From the IMG/VR virus record IMGVR_UViG_3300045988_114753: 64,000 nt of DNA. One strand, written 5' to 3'. The stretch is from a virus. Below, in pieces: positions 40,679 through 50,471 of the stretch. The position numbers and the translations under genes are program-made. The notes below the pieces were generated by a model. It worked only from the letters and a program-made list of their open reading frames with translations, was not told the origin of the DNA and made no database searches. How positions within the stretch are numbered: position 1 is the first letter of the stretch; each line of letters begins with the position of its first letter.

Positions 40679-43429
40679 GTGACCAAAGTATTGCAAAATC
40701 AATACTATATATACAAGATACCATCCAACAAAATAACAAAGTTAAAAACGTACAGTTTTAAAGAAGCATCCAAAGATGGTTGCGTTGTCTCTATTGGTGA
40801 TAATCTTGTATTAGCTAAAATTAGAGAATATTATGGGGAAAATGGTGACCACGTTTCTTTATACAATAAAGTGCAAAATATACGTAAAGAAATGAAGAAA
40901 ATTAGAAAGTTGCCTACAAGCACAGAAAATGTTGAAGCGATTAGAAATCTTCAATCACAGTTGGATAATCTATTGTTTGTAGACGATATAGTAAATATAA
41001 AAGTAGTTACAAAAAAAGAATATAGGGAGTTAGGAAGAAAAGGCTTTGACTTAAACGGTAAACATTATGTGAGATTTATGGTTGGTTCAGGTCAAATGCG
41101 TAGAAACACAGTAACATTTATTAATGAAGAATTATTTGATTATATGCAAGAAAGACTTATGTGTGGTCTTAGTGGTAAAATTAAGACAATTAATTTAGCT
41201 AAATTATCTGCATATTTTGCATTATCTTTTTCATCTGTACTTTGGGTTAGAGAACCTAGGGTGTGTGTTATAAAAGATTTTGACACTGTAATACCAAATC
41301 AAAAATTGAACTGGATAAACAAGGGTGAAGATGGTAATACGGTTACACAGATTTATAAAGATATTAAATTAAATAGTGCTGATGGACAAGGGTTAATTAG
41401 TCCAGAGATGGCTAAATTGTGGGCTGAGGATATGCACTTAAATTATGTGCCTTGTTCATTTGTTGTTAGGACGGCATTTGTAAAAGGTAATCTTGTACCA
41501 TTTGATTTTAAAGAATACGCTAAAGAACACGGTGTCACCACTATCAAAGATAGATATGGTACCGAATATAATGTTGAAGATGTAGATGTTCTTTTATCAG
41601 AAAGCCAATTTAAGATGGCTAAGTATTATTCATCTTGGGAAGGATATTTAAGTTATCATAAAGCCTATAATTTAAAATGGGGCGTTGCTCGTTATAATAA
41701 AGAGTTTGATGATGAGTATGTTCTAACTAACTATCAATATATTCAAGTGTTAAACTTAAATAAGGAAGACATAGATGGTTTAATATCATATACAACAAAT
41801 TGGATAAAAAATATTTGTAGTGGTAATTTAGAATATGCTTTGACTTACAATGTGGGGGTGAAAAATCCAGCATTGAGTGTAGATAGCATAATTAATTCTT
41901 GTGGTAGCACTTTTACTAAGGCAATTATTAAAAATCCAGAGATGTTGAAAGATGGATTTGTTCAAAGAAAAATATATAACTCTATAAAAGAGAGTATAAG
42001 ACAAGCGAAGATTGGTCGTATATGGGTTAAAGGCAATTATTCTTTTATGATTAGTGACCCCGTTGCTCAATGTAGAAGTGCATTAGGTTTAAGTCCTGAT
42101 GGCTTATTACCAGCCAATCACGTATATGGAAATTTCTGGAACGAGCGAGATATTTCTGGCGAGGTGTGTCTTTTAAGAAGCCCATTGACACATTATTCAG
42201 AAGTCAATGTACAAGAATTGTCTAATACAGAAGAAATGCAGAAGTGGTATAAATATATATATAGTGGCATAATTTATAATATTTATGATATTAGTGTCGT
42301 TAAGCACGCAGACTCTGATTTTGATGGCGACATTTGTATGGCGACAGATAATCCATATTTTCTTAAAGGAGCAAAAAGAGAAGAACTCCCAATTATGTAT
42401 GACAAAGAAGCAGTTCCAACTCAAAAAATAACATTACCTAATCAAGTTAGATGTGATATTAAAGGGTTAGATACTAAAGTTGGTCAAATAACAAATTATT
42501 CTACTAGTATGTTGGCGATGTTACCATTGTTTAAGGGTGAGAAGCAACAAGACCAAAAGCAAGAAATAGAAACACGTTTAAAATTGCTTAGAGAGTTGCA
42601 AGGGGCAGAAATTGATAAAATTAAAGGAACCGCCCCACCAAACTTTCCAAAATCTTGGAGACATTGGGTTCATATCAATAAGGATGACGACGATATAACT
42701 AAAGCTGAGAAATATAAATATAATTCTATGGTCGTAAAAAAGAAGCCGTACTTCTTTATATATTTGTATAGTACTCTAATGAATGATTATAAGAACTATG
42801 AAAAGAATTTCAATAGCATTAGTCTTACACATTTTGGCGTACCAATAAAAGTTTTGTTGAGAAAAAAAGACCATACAGAAGGAGAAATGAATTTGCTTAG
42901 AAAGTATCGTAAATATTCTCCAGTGCTAGAAACAGATTGTGTAATGAATATTTTGTGTAAAGAAATTGAAAATGTAGAGTTCGATATTAAGTACAAGCCA
43001 AATTGTACAAGTTTATTGCCAGAATTTGCTGACAGAACAGAAATCGATGAAGATAAAATAGTTAAGTTAATAGAATTATATAAAGGATATAAAGCTCAAA
43101 GAAAGTATAAAGGTATTGAAGCGTTGGTTGATAACGAAGGAATACAAGATGATGATATGAATGAGATATTGAGAGGGGTTTTATATGCTAACCGTGATGA
43201 ATATAAAAACAATATGTTAGATTTATTTACGTCATCTAAAGAGTTATTTAATCATCTAGTAGTTATGTGTGAGCGAAACAACTGGTCTTGCGATTGTATT
43301 TGGGATATTGTTGGTGATGATATTGTAGATATTATACCTTATGGAAATACACAGGTCGTAGTAGAGGATGCCGACGGCTTTGAATATTTGGGACGTAACT
43401 ATAAATTAGAGGAGGTAAAGAGATGTTAA
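40679..43429 (+). CDS. YonO / cellular-RdRP-like single-subunit two-barrel RNA polymerase (candidate)
   Basis: 916 aa. Catalytic-type motif ADSDFDGD (nt 42308-42331), preceded by CLLRSPLTHYSEV. This matches the RnP..h...(D/E) ... DbDGD pattern of the RdRP/YonO family. GTG start after AGGAGGAG. Confidence 0.55.
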   Translation: MTKVLQNQYYIYKIPSNKITKLKTYSFKEASKDGCVVSIGDNLVLAKIREYYGENGDHVSLYNKVQNIRKEMKKIRKLPTSTENVEAIRNLQSQLDNLLFVDDIVNIKVVTKKEYRELGRKGFDLNGKHYVRFMVGSGQMRRNTVTFINEELFDYMQERLMCGLSGKIKTINLAKLSAYFALSFSSVLWVREPRVCVIKDFDTVIPNQKLNWINKGEDGNTVTQIYKDIKLNSADGQGLISPEMAKLWAEDMHLNYVPCSFVVRTAFVKGNLVPFDFKEYAKEHGVTTIKDRYGTEYNVEDVDVLLSESQFKMAKYYSSWEGYLSYHKAYNLKWGVARYNKEFDDEYVLTNYQYIQVLNLNKEDIDGLISYTTNWIKNICSGNLEYALTYNVGVKNPALSVDSIINSCGSTFTKAIIKNPEMLKDGFVQRKIYNSIKESIRQAKIGRIWVKGNYSFMISDPVAQCRSALGLSPDGLLPANHVYGNFWNERDISGEVCLLRSPLTHYSEVNVQELSNTEEMQKWYKYIYSGIIYNIYDISVVKHADSDFDGDICMATDNPYFLKGAKREELPIMYDKEAVPTQKITLPNQVRCDIKGLDTKVGQITNYSTSMLAMLPLFKGEKQQDQKQEIETRLKLLRELQGAEIDKIKGTAPPNFPKSWRHWVHINKDDDDITKAEKYKYNSMVVKKKPYFFIYLYSTLMNDYKNYEKNFNSISLTHFGVPIKVLLRKKDHTEGEMNLLRKYRKYSPVLETDCVMNILCKEIENVEFDIKYKPNCTSLLPEFADRTEIDEDKIVKLIELYKGYKAQRKYKGIEALVDNEGIQDDDMNEILRGVLYANRDEYKNNMLDLFTSSKELFNHLVVMCERNNWSCDCIWDIVGDDIVDIIPYGNTQVVVEDADGFEYLGRNYKLEEVKRC

Positions 43430-44208
43430 TATTTGATGAAAAAAAATATGCAGAGAATATAATTAACAATAAGAGATATGAAACCGTCAAGACGCAAGGT
43501 AGAGAGCGTTGCGTCTTAGTTAGATATTTAACATCTCTAAACTATTCTGTAGAGGAGATAAAAAAGGTTCTTTCAGAAATACCTATGTCTGGCGGTGAAT
43601 ATTTATCTTCAAAAGATAAAGATGTAATTTTTTCAAAGATTATTGCTAAGGCTAATGAATATGAGTTTGTAACTAATAAAGTTGTTAAGATATATCAATC
43701 TGAACTTGATATTATAGAACAGGTTGAGGATGATTATGCTAGGCATCTATTATTTGTTTATTTAGTGTATTATAAATGGGCTTCTACTGTCTCTCATTTA
43801 CAATTTTATAGCAAAAAGAATGATATTATGATGGTAACTGAAAATAATAATGATGTTTGGAAATTGGCAGGGTTATCGAAGCTAAGAGTAGCAGATAGGT
43901 ATAGACTTTGTAATTTGTTATTTAATAAAGGACTTTATAAAATAGATAATTTTAAAGCCTATAATTATATCTACATTCCATTTGTCAAGGATGATGGAGA
44001 TGTGGCTATAGAGATTTCAAACTTTGATAATATACTAGGTGAATTATTAATTTATGAAAAGCCAACCGAATATAAAAGATGTGTTATTTGTGATACCGTA
44101 ATCAAAAAAACTCGTTCTCCTAAAAAGTACTGTATTAATTGTGCTTATAAGGAAAACCTAAGAAAAACAAAGGAAAGAAAAAGGGGTTTGAAAACCCAAA
44201 CTTCTTAA
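43423..44208 (+). CDS. hypothetical protein with C-terminal zinc ribbon and basic tail
   Basis: Carries CVICDT...CINCAY followed by KTKERKRGLK. Overlaps the polymerase gene by 7 nt, so it is probably coupled to it. Confidence 0.7.
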   Translation: MLIFDEKKYAENIINNKRYETVKTQGRERCVLVRYLTSLNYSVEEIKKVLSEIPMSGGEYLSSKDKDVIFSKIIAKANEYEFVTNKVVKIYQSELDIIEQVEDDYARHLLFVYLVYYKWASTVSHLQFYSKKNDIMMVTENNNDVWKLAGLSKLRVADRYRLCNLLFNKGLYKIDNFKAYNYIYIPFVKDDGDVAIEISNFDNILGELLIYEKPTEYKRCVICDTVIKKTRSPKKYCINCAYKENLRKTKERKRGLKTQTS

Positions 44209-44220
44209 ACCCCTTATTTT
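44181..44220 (+). terminator. putative intrinsic terminator
   Basis: AAGGGGTTT ... AAACCCCTT 9 bp stem spanning the stop codon, followed by ATTTT. The 17 nt loop lowers confidence. Confidence 0.35.
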
Positions 44221-44302
44221 ACTAGGCAAACGTACGTTCTATTAAAAAATATTATTAATGAAAGAGAAAAATAAGAAAATCCAGTAAAAAAGGAGAGTAT
44301 AT

Positions 44303-45481
44303 ATGGAAGCATTTAAAAGATTAGAAAATGAAGACGAAAATGCGTACATATGGCGTGTGTGTGACAATAAAGATTTAATAGGTACTTGGCAAGACGTTTG
44401 TGATTTATTAAATTCAGAATTAAATCACGATTATAATGAGTCTTGGTACAGAAAGATGTATCAAAGTTTTATGATGATGTTTGATGCGATAAAAAGTAAA
44501 TATTTCGATGATGAACAAATACATAAAATAGAACAGAAAAAACAAGAACTTATTAAAGAGCGTTTTCGTTTAAACGATGAACGTGTAGCGTATAATAGAG
44601 CATTACGCAATGACGCAAGATTAGAAAGTAGATTAGATAAATTAGAGGAAGCTATATTGGACTTTGGTAAAGAAGCCTATGTTAGTAGTCCAGTAAAAAC
44701 TATAAAATCCGACAATGATTTATTAGTTATTTTGAGTGACCTCCATATAGGACAGACGTTTGATAGTTTTGGTGGTAAATATAATACAGACATAGCAAAG
44801 CAAAGATTGTGTAAATATTTAGACGAGATAATTGCTTTAAGAGATATATATAATTCTGAAAATTGTTATGTGTCTTTACAAGGGGATTTAATTAGTAATT
44901 CAATTCATAAGACTATAGCAATTACCAATCAAGAGAACGTCATACAACAAATTAAAAAAGCTAGTGAACTTGTTACTATGTTTGTTTATGAATTAAGTAA
45001 ACATTTTAATAAGGTTATGGTTACAAGTGTAAGCGGTAATCATTCACGTTTAGATAAAAAAGAAGACGCACTGAAAGATGAGCGTTTAGATGATATTGTG
45101 ATTTGGTATATGAATGCTGCTTTAAGTGGTGTAAACAATGTAGAATTAAAGACAAACAATGAAGATAGCACTTTTGCTGAAATGGATATTAGAGGAAAAA
45201 AGTACATTAATGTTCACGGAGATTATGACGCTTTTTCTAAAGCTGGTATAGCAAGTTTGTCAATGATGTTAGGATATTTCCCATATGCTATCACATTTGG
45301 ACACCTACATACTTGTGCTATGCAAGATGAGGGTGGAGTAAAAATAATTAGAGGCGGTAGTCTGGCTGGTAGTGGCGATGATTATACAATTCAAAAAAGA
45401 TTACCTGGAAATGCTACACAAATGGTCTGCGTTTGTACTGCTGACGGTATAAAATCATATAATGTTATAGAACTAAGTTAG
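44303..45481 (+). CDS. calcineurin-like metallophosphoesterase
   Basis: Motifs in order: LSDLHIG, QGDLI, SGNHS, VHGDY, FGHLH. Confidence 0.7.
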   Translation: MEAFKRLENEDENAYIWRVCDNKDLIGTWQDVCDLLNSELNHDYNESWYRKMYQSFMMMFDAIKSKYFDDEQIHKIEQKKQELIKERFRLNDERVAYNRALRNDARLESRLDKLEEAILDFGKEAYVSSPVKTIKSDNDLLVILSDLHIGQTFDSFGGKYNTDIAKQRLCKYLDEIIALRDIYNSENCYVSLQGDLISNSIHKTIAITNQENVIQQIKKASELVTMFVYELSKHFNKVMVTSVSGNHSRLDKKEDALKDERLDDIVIWYMNAALSGVNNVELKTNNEDSTFAEMDIRGKKYINVHGDYDAFSKAGIASLSMMLGYFPYAITFGHLHTCAMQDEGGVKIIRGGSLAGSGDDYTIQKRLPGNATQMVCVCTADGIKSYNVIELS

Positions 45482-45497
45482 TCTTAGTTTTTTTTAT
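45472..45497 (+). terminator. intrinsic terminator
   Basis: ACTAAG-ttagt-CTTAGT hairpin followed by T8. Confidence 0.6.
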
Positions 45498-45516
45498 TTT
45501 TTTGAAAGAAAGGTGA

Positions 45517-46356
45517 ATGCACGTGGCAACTAAATATAAGAAGCCTATAAAAAAAGTTGAGGGTCAACAAAAAGTTATTTGTCAAAATAAAGATTGCGAT
45601 AAAATGGGCAAGCACTTAAGTGTAGATGATTTTTATAAATCACGTAATGCTATGGTGCAACACCATCCTTATTGCAAAGATTGTGTTAATAAAATGATTG
45701 ACGTTAATAATTTAGAGTCAGTATATAGTGTATTAAAAGTGTTGGATACTCCTTTTATAATGGATATTTGGAATGACGTATGTAATTCTGGTACAACCAA
45801 TTATATGGGAGATTATTTAAGGGCTATAAATTTTACATATAGAAAAAAATATGCAGGTATGGGTTTTGACGATAGTATATTTGAATTATCTGAAAATGAA
45901 GAGATAAGTGATAATGTACAGGCTGCTTTTGATGATACTCCAGTTTGGAGTGATGATTGGCAAGGTAAATACACTAAGTCTGATTTAAAATATTTAAACG
46001 ATTATTATAATGGATTACAAAATGACTTCAAAATAATTACTACAAATCATAAAGATTATGCTAGAAAAATTGCTCAAGCATCTTTGTCTCAAATGAAAGC
46101 ATATCAACATTTATTACAAGGTGAAGAGGGTGCTGACTTGGCATATGAAAAAGCTACTAAAATATTTGATATGTTATCTAAATCAGCTCAATTTGCTGAA
46201 AGCCAACGTGGAGCTAATGATGTTGCTTTAGGTTGTTTTGGTAGAGTATTTGATGCAGTTGAAAAACACAATTGGGTTCCAGAGTATATTCCAACTGACG
46301 AAGATATGTATGATAAGTTATTAAATCAATTCTCCAATATTGAGAGGAGTTTATAA
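45517..46356 (+). CDS. possible small terminase subunit (zinc-finger N-terminus)
   Basis: Sits immediately upstream of the large terminase with a TAATG junction. Carries CQNKDC...CKDCVNK. The assignment rests on position only. Confidence 0.35.
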   Translation: MHVATKYKKPIKKVEGQQKVICQNKDCDKMGKHLSVDDFYKSRNAMVQHHPYCKDCVNKMIDVNNLESVYSVLKVLDTPFIMDIWNDVCNSGTTNYMGDYLRAINFTYRKKYAGMGFDDSIFELSENEEISDNVQAAFDDTPVWSDDWQGKYTKSDLKYLNDYYNGLQNDFKIITTNHKDYARKIAQASLSQMKAYQHLLQGEEGADLAYEKATKIFDMLSKSAQFAESQRGANDVALGCFGRVFDAVEKHNWVPEYIPTDEDMYDKLLNQFSNIERSL

Positions 46357-48116
46357 TGGCTTCATATAAAAATTTTAGTCAAAAAAGAAGAGCTGCACAA
46401 ACTTGGGCATATAATAACACTGATAATCCATTAAGTTATGACCCAATTAATAGTGAAAAAATTGACTATGAAGAATGGACAAAATTCTTATCATATTATA
46501 GATATTATATAGATAAATTCGCCGTAGATATTTTAGGAGTAAACTTATTTCCATTTCAAAGATTAATAATGAGGGCTATGGCAAGATACCCTAATGCAAT
46601 GTTAATATGTTGTCGTGGTTTAGGTAAATCTTGGTTATGTGCTTTATTTATGATATGTATGGCAATTCTTTATCCTGGTATGGCTGTCGGAATTGTTTCT
46701 GGAAACGGAAATCAAGCACGTATGGTTATTAAACAAAAAATAGAGGGCGAGTTGCAAAAGAACGAGAATATTAAGAGAGAAATATCAAACATAAAGACGA
46801 GTACCGATGACTGTATAGTAACTCTCAAAAACGGTAGTTCTATACGTGCTATTACTTTAGGTACTAATCAAAAGGGTGACAATGCTCGTGGTTGGCGTTT
46901 CCAATTGGTTTTGGTGGATGAGGCGAGATTGGTTAAAGATAACACTTTAACAGAGGTTATTCGCCCGATGATAAAAACACCAAGACAAAATGCAATTGAT
47001 TTACACGACAAATATCCAGAGAACCCTATAGAGAAGGGTAGAATGATTTATATTTCTTCTGCTTGGTTAAAGACTTGTGACTTATACCAAAAGTTTTTAA
47101 ATTTCTATCATTCAATGATTAGCGGAGATAAGCACTACTTTGTAGCAAGCTTGGATTATAAAGTAGGAATTGATGCAGGTTTATTTTCTCAAGAAGAAAT
47201 AGATATAGAAAAAGAAAGTCCAGATATGTCTTTAGATAAATTTGCTTATGAATATGAAGGAACATTTGTTGGTAGTTCTAACGATAGTTATTATCCATAT
47301 TCATTAACAAATAAATGCCGTGTCTTAGATAGGTGTGAATTATTACAACCTAAGAAGACACAGTATGCATATGTAATTACACACGACGTTGCCGTATCAA
47401 CTAAGGCTGGCTCCGATAATTCGTGTACACACGTTATTAAGTTAATACCAAAAAGTAATGGTACATTTGATAAGCACGTTGTTTTTACAAAGACATTAAA
47501 TGGAGCTAGTTTAAAAGAACAAAGGGACTTATTGCGTGAGTTATTACATATTAGGTTCCCTAATACAGAAAAACTCGTAATTGACGTTCGTAGTGCTGGA
47601 CAAGGTTTGCTTTCTTTATTGGAAGAGCCTTGGTCTTATCGTAATGAAAGAGGAGATATTGAAGAATATCCACCATTAATTCAGGACGATGACGAAGAGA
47701 CAATGAGAACTTTGCCTAACGCAGAACCAATTATTAGAGGTATTCAAGCAACCGCTGATTTTAACAGCACTTATTATCCTTATATGAAAAGTTGTTTTGA
47801 AGACCAGAGTTTAAAATTATTAGTTGATAGTAATGAGACAGATGAACTATATAAAGCTGGAAAGTATACAGCCGAAGAACAAGTAATGCACGTTGAACAC
47901 GATAATTTAATGCAAGAGCTTAGTAATATTAAAAGAGACTTCGGTCTTAATGGTCAGATATTATATGACCGTATTGTTAAATCTGCTAAACGTGACCGTG
48001 CGACATCTTTAATGTATGGGTTATCTGTTGTATTTGAATATGAAAAACAAGGTAAAGCCGATATAGGTAGAACAGAAGTTGACACCTTAAAATATTTGGC
48101 TGAATACATTTATTAG
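46356..48116 (+). CDS. terL: terminase large subunit
   Basis: 586 aa. Deviant Walker A CRGLGKS and Walker B LVLVDEA. Located directly upstream of the portal-sized gene. Confidence 0.8.
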   Translation: MASYKNFSQKRRAAQTWAYNNTDNPLSYDPINSEKIDYEEWTKFLSYYRYYIDKFAVDILGVNLFPFQRLIMRAMARYPNAMLICCRGLGKSWLCALFMICMAILYPGMAVGIVSGNGNQARMVIKQKIEGELQKNENIKREISNIKTSTDDCIVTLKNGSSIRAITLGTNQKGDNARGWRFQLVLVDEARLVKDNTLTEVIRPMIKTPRQNAIDLHDKYPENPIEKGRMIYISSAWLKTCDLYQKFLNFYHSMISGDKHYFVASLDYKVGIDAGLFSQEEIDIEKESPDMSLDKFAYEYEGTFVGSSNDSYYPYSLTNKCRVLDRCELLQPKKTQYAYVITHDVAVSTKAGSDNSCTHVIKLIPKSNGTFDKHVVFTKTLNGASLKEQRDLLRELLHIRFPNTEKLVIDVRSAGQGLLSLLEEPWSYRNERGDIEEYPPLIQDDDEETMRTLPNAEPIIRGIQATADFNSTYYPYMKSCFEDQSLKLLVDSNETDELYKAGKYTAEEQVMHVEHDNLMQELSNIKRDFGLNGQILYDRIVKSAKRDRATSLMYGLSVVFEYEKQGKADIGRTEVDTLKYLAEYIY

Positions 48117-48133
48117 GAAAGGCAGGTGTAATA

Positions 48134-49729
48134 ATGAGTAAGAAAAAAGATAATAATAAGGTTCTTTTGTCTGAGAATGAAGTTGTAGAAACTTTAGAAG
48201 CTGTACAAAGAGCGTTTGATGTATTAGATTTCGCTAAAGGATATAACGATGGTGTTTATAGTCCTATGACGCAAAATACATTAATGAAGAATTTAAACAT
48301 TTCTTCTGTTGTACCAGATAGAGCTGGCATTGAAGAAGCATTAAAAGACCCAGCAAATCACGAAACGTCATTAGTATCTTATGGTCAGTCATATTATTTT
48401 AGCAGTCTAATGTATAAACGTAATTTAGAATACATTGCGAATTTACCTGCTTTTGACCTAGAAATGACTTGTATCAATGCTACAGCCGCTGATTATAACA
48501 CAACCAAATATAAAAACGATTATAAAGCCATTGCAAACTTTCTGGATAAATTTGATTATAGAGCTCAATTTAAAGAGGTTCTATGGAATTTATTAATGGA
48601 AGAAACATATTATGGTATCTTTAGAACGTTTGACAGCAAAAGCGTATTACAACAATGGCCTTGGAAGTATGCTAAAGTCACTGGTAAATTTGAATATGGT
48701 TTATTATATGATATTGATATGAACTATTTTTTACAAGGGGTTGTAGACTTAAACTGCTATCCAGATTGGTTAAAAAAGAAATATAAAGAGGTTTTTAGTG
48801 CTGATACAAACGCTTATAAGCCAGGTAATAAATTGAATAATAGAACTGGTAAATTTGCAACTTGGGTTCAAACATCACCAGAAGAAGGTTTTTGGTGTTT
48901 TAAATTTAATCCAAAACATTCATTACAGGTTCCATTCTTTAGTGCAATGTTGCCAGAGATGGCTATTGTTCCTTTAATGAGAAGATTGCAAGTTGACCAA
49001 AGTATGGCTGCTGCTCGTAAATTATTAGTAAGTTCAGTGCCATATTTAAAAGAGAAGAAATCTTCTAGTGTCGCTAATCAATTAGCTATTGATGCCGATG
49101 TTTTAGGTAAATTTATCGGTTTAGCAGCACAAGGAATTGAGAATGCTATTAAGATTTTAGCATTACCAACAGAAGATATTAAGGGTGTAGAATTTGAAAA
49201 TACAGATAAAGACACCTATAAAAACTTTATGGCAATTACAAGTTCATTATTAAGTGGAGGTAAGGTAATATTCTCTACTGATGAAAATCAAAATGCCATA
49301 GAGACACAATTATCATTGAATTTAGATGAGCTATTAGCAGAGTCAATTTATCCTCAATTTGAAGAATTTTTAAATTATTTTGCAAATAAAGAAACAAAAA
49401 AGTTTAAATGGAAATTTAGATTTGTTGGATGTAATGACCAATTTGATAGACTAAGACGCCAAAATGAAGCTTTCACTTATGCCGATAAAGGTGTCGTGTT
49501 ACCAAATAAGATAGCGTCGTCTTTAGGATTAAATAAAATAGAACTAGAAAGAGAACTAGAAGAGGCAAATGCTACAGGGTTTACTGATAAGTTAATGATG
49601 ATGGTCAATATAAATACAATGTCGCCTAATAATGCTGGTCGTCCCACTAAAGACGATGCAGATTTAACAGACAGCGGGGCAAAGACTAGGTCTAATGCTT
49701 CAAATATTGAAAAAGGTGGAAAGGTTTAA
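48134..49729 (+). CDS. portal protein
   Basis: 531 aa gene directly after terL. Basic/Gly-rich C-terminal tail. Assigned by synteny and size. Confidence 0.65.
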   Translation: MSKKKDNNKVLLSENEVVETLEAVQRAFDVLDFAKGYNDGVYSPMTQNTLMKNLNISSVVPDRAGIEEALKDPANHETSLVSYGQSYYFSSLMYKRNLEYIANLPAFDLEMTCINATAADYNTTKYKNDYKAIANFLDKFDYRAQFKEVLWNLLMEETYYGIFRTFDSKSVLQQWPWKYAKVTGKFEYGLLYDIDMNYFLQGVVDLNCYPDWLKKKYKEVFSADTNAYKPGNKLNNRTGKFATWVQTSPEEGFWCFKFNPKHSLQVPFFSAMLPEMAIVPLMRRLQVDQSMAAARKLLVSSVPYLKEKKSSSVANQLAIDADVLGKFIGLAAQGIENAIKILALPTEDIKGVEFENTDKDTYKNFMAITSSLLSGGKVIFSTDENQNAIETQLSLNLDELLAESIYPQFEEFLNYFANKETKKFKWKFRFVGCNDQFDRLRRQNEAFTYADKGVVLPNKIASSLGLNKIELERELEEANATGFTDKLMMMVNINTMSPNNAGRPTKDDADLTDSGAKTRSNASNIEKGGKV

Positions 49730-49741
49730 GGAGGTTAGAGT

Positions 49742-50260
49742 ATGAGTGAAGGACTTATTTCAAAAGAAATGAAAGCGTCTTTGGAAGAAATAATTTCACA
49801 CTGTTTTTATAGCAATCGTATGCTTGATAGAATGTGTAGTATTTTATCCGTAACTTTCGTAATGCCTATCACATCTAATATTCTTCATCACAAATTAGCA
49901 CATCTTTATCCAGTATTAGCAGATGATATTTCTGACTATATGGATGCTAGAGATTGCACTACAGTTTATGGAGAAACTCCTAAAGGAGACCAAGATTATG
50001 ATACAGCATTAGATTGTTTTAATAAGATGCTAGAAATTAATTTAAAATTGGAGTCGTTAGTAAAAGACTCTATTACTTTGGCACAAAATATGAATGATTA
50101 TAGTACTAAAGTAATGTTAGAACAATTTATATTAAAAATTACTCATATCACAAAAGATATTTTATTATTAGTTGATAAAGCAGAAATGTATGGAGACAGT
50201 GATGCTTCTATGATGAAGTTTGACCACGATATGCCATCATTTAATGTTTTTGGAGAGTAG
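49742..50260 (+). CDS. hypothetical protein (head module)
   Basis: 172 aa ORF from the track. Confidence 0.7.
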   Translation: MSEGLISKEMKASLEEIISHCFYSNRMLDRMCSILSVTFVMPITSNILHHKLAHLYPVLADDISDYMDARDCTTVYGETPKGDQDYDTALDCFNKMLEINLKLESLVKDSITLAQNMNDYSTKVMLEQFILKITHITKDILLLVDKAEMYGDSDASMMKFDHDMPSFNVFGE

Positions 50261-50261
50261 T

Positions 50262-50471
50262 ATGTTTATTTCTAATTTAGACAATAAAGATAAAAAATAT
50301 TATGAATGTGGTAAGATTGTGGGTAATTATTTAATTAAAAATGGCATTCCAATGTTGGCACGTGAAAATGGGCTAATGTTGTTTGCAAAAACAAAAAGAC
50401 TTCAAAAGGTCATTGATGATATGCCTTTGTATTTACAACTTCTAATTAAAGGGGGTGTTATCAATGGATAA
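50262..50471 (+). CDS. hypothetical protein
   Basis: The ATG at 50262 after GGAGAG is preferred over the track start at 50220. Confidence 0.6.
   Translation: MFISNLDNKDKKYYECGKIVGNYLIKNGIPMLARENGLMLFAKTKRLQKVIDDMPLYLQLLIKGGVING

Noticed and set aside
41828-42996. Three - strand ORFs (41828-42070, 42197-42424, 42796-42996) inside the RNAP candidate
   Set aside because: They are antisense frames within a 916 aa gene that carries a conserved catalytic motif.
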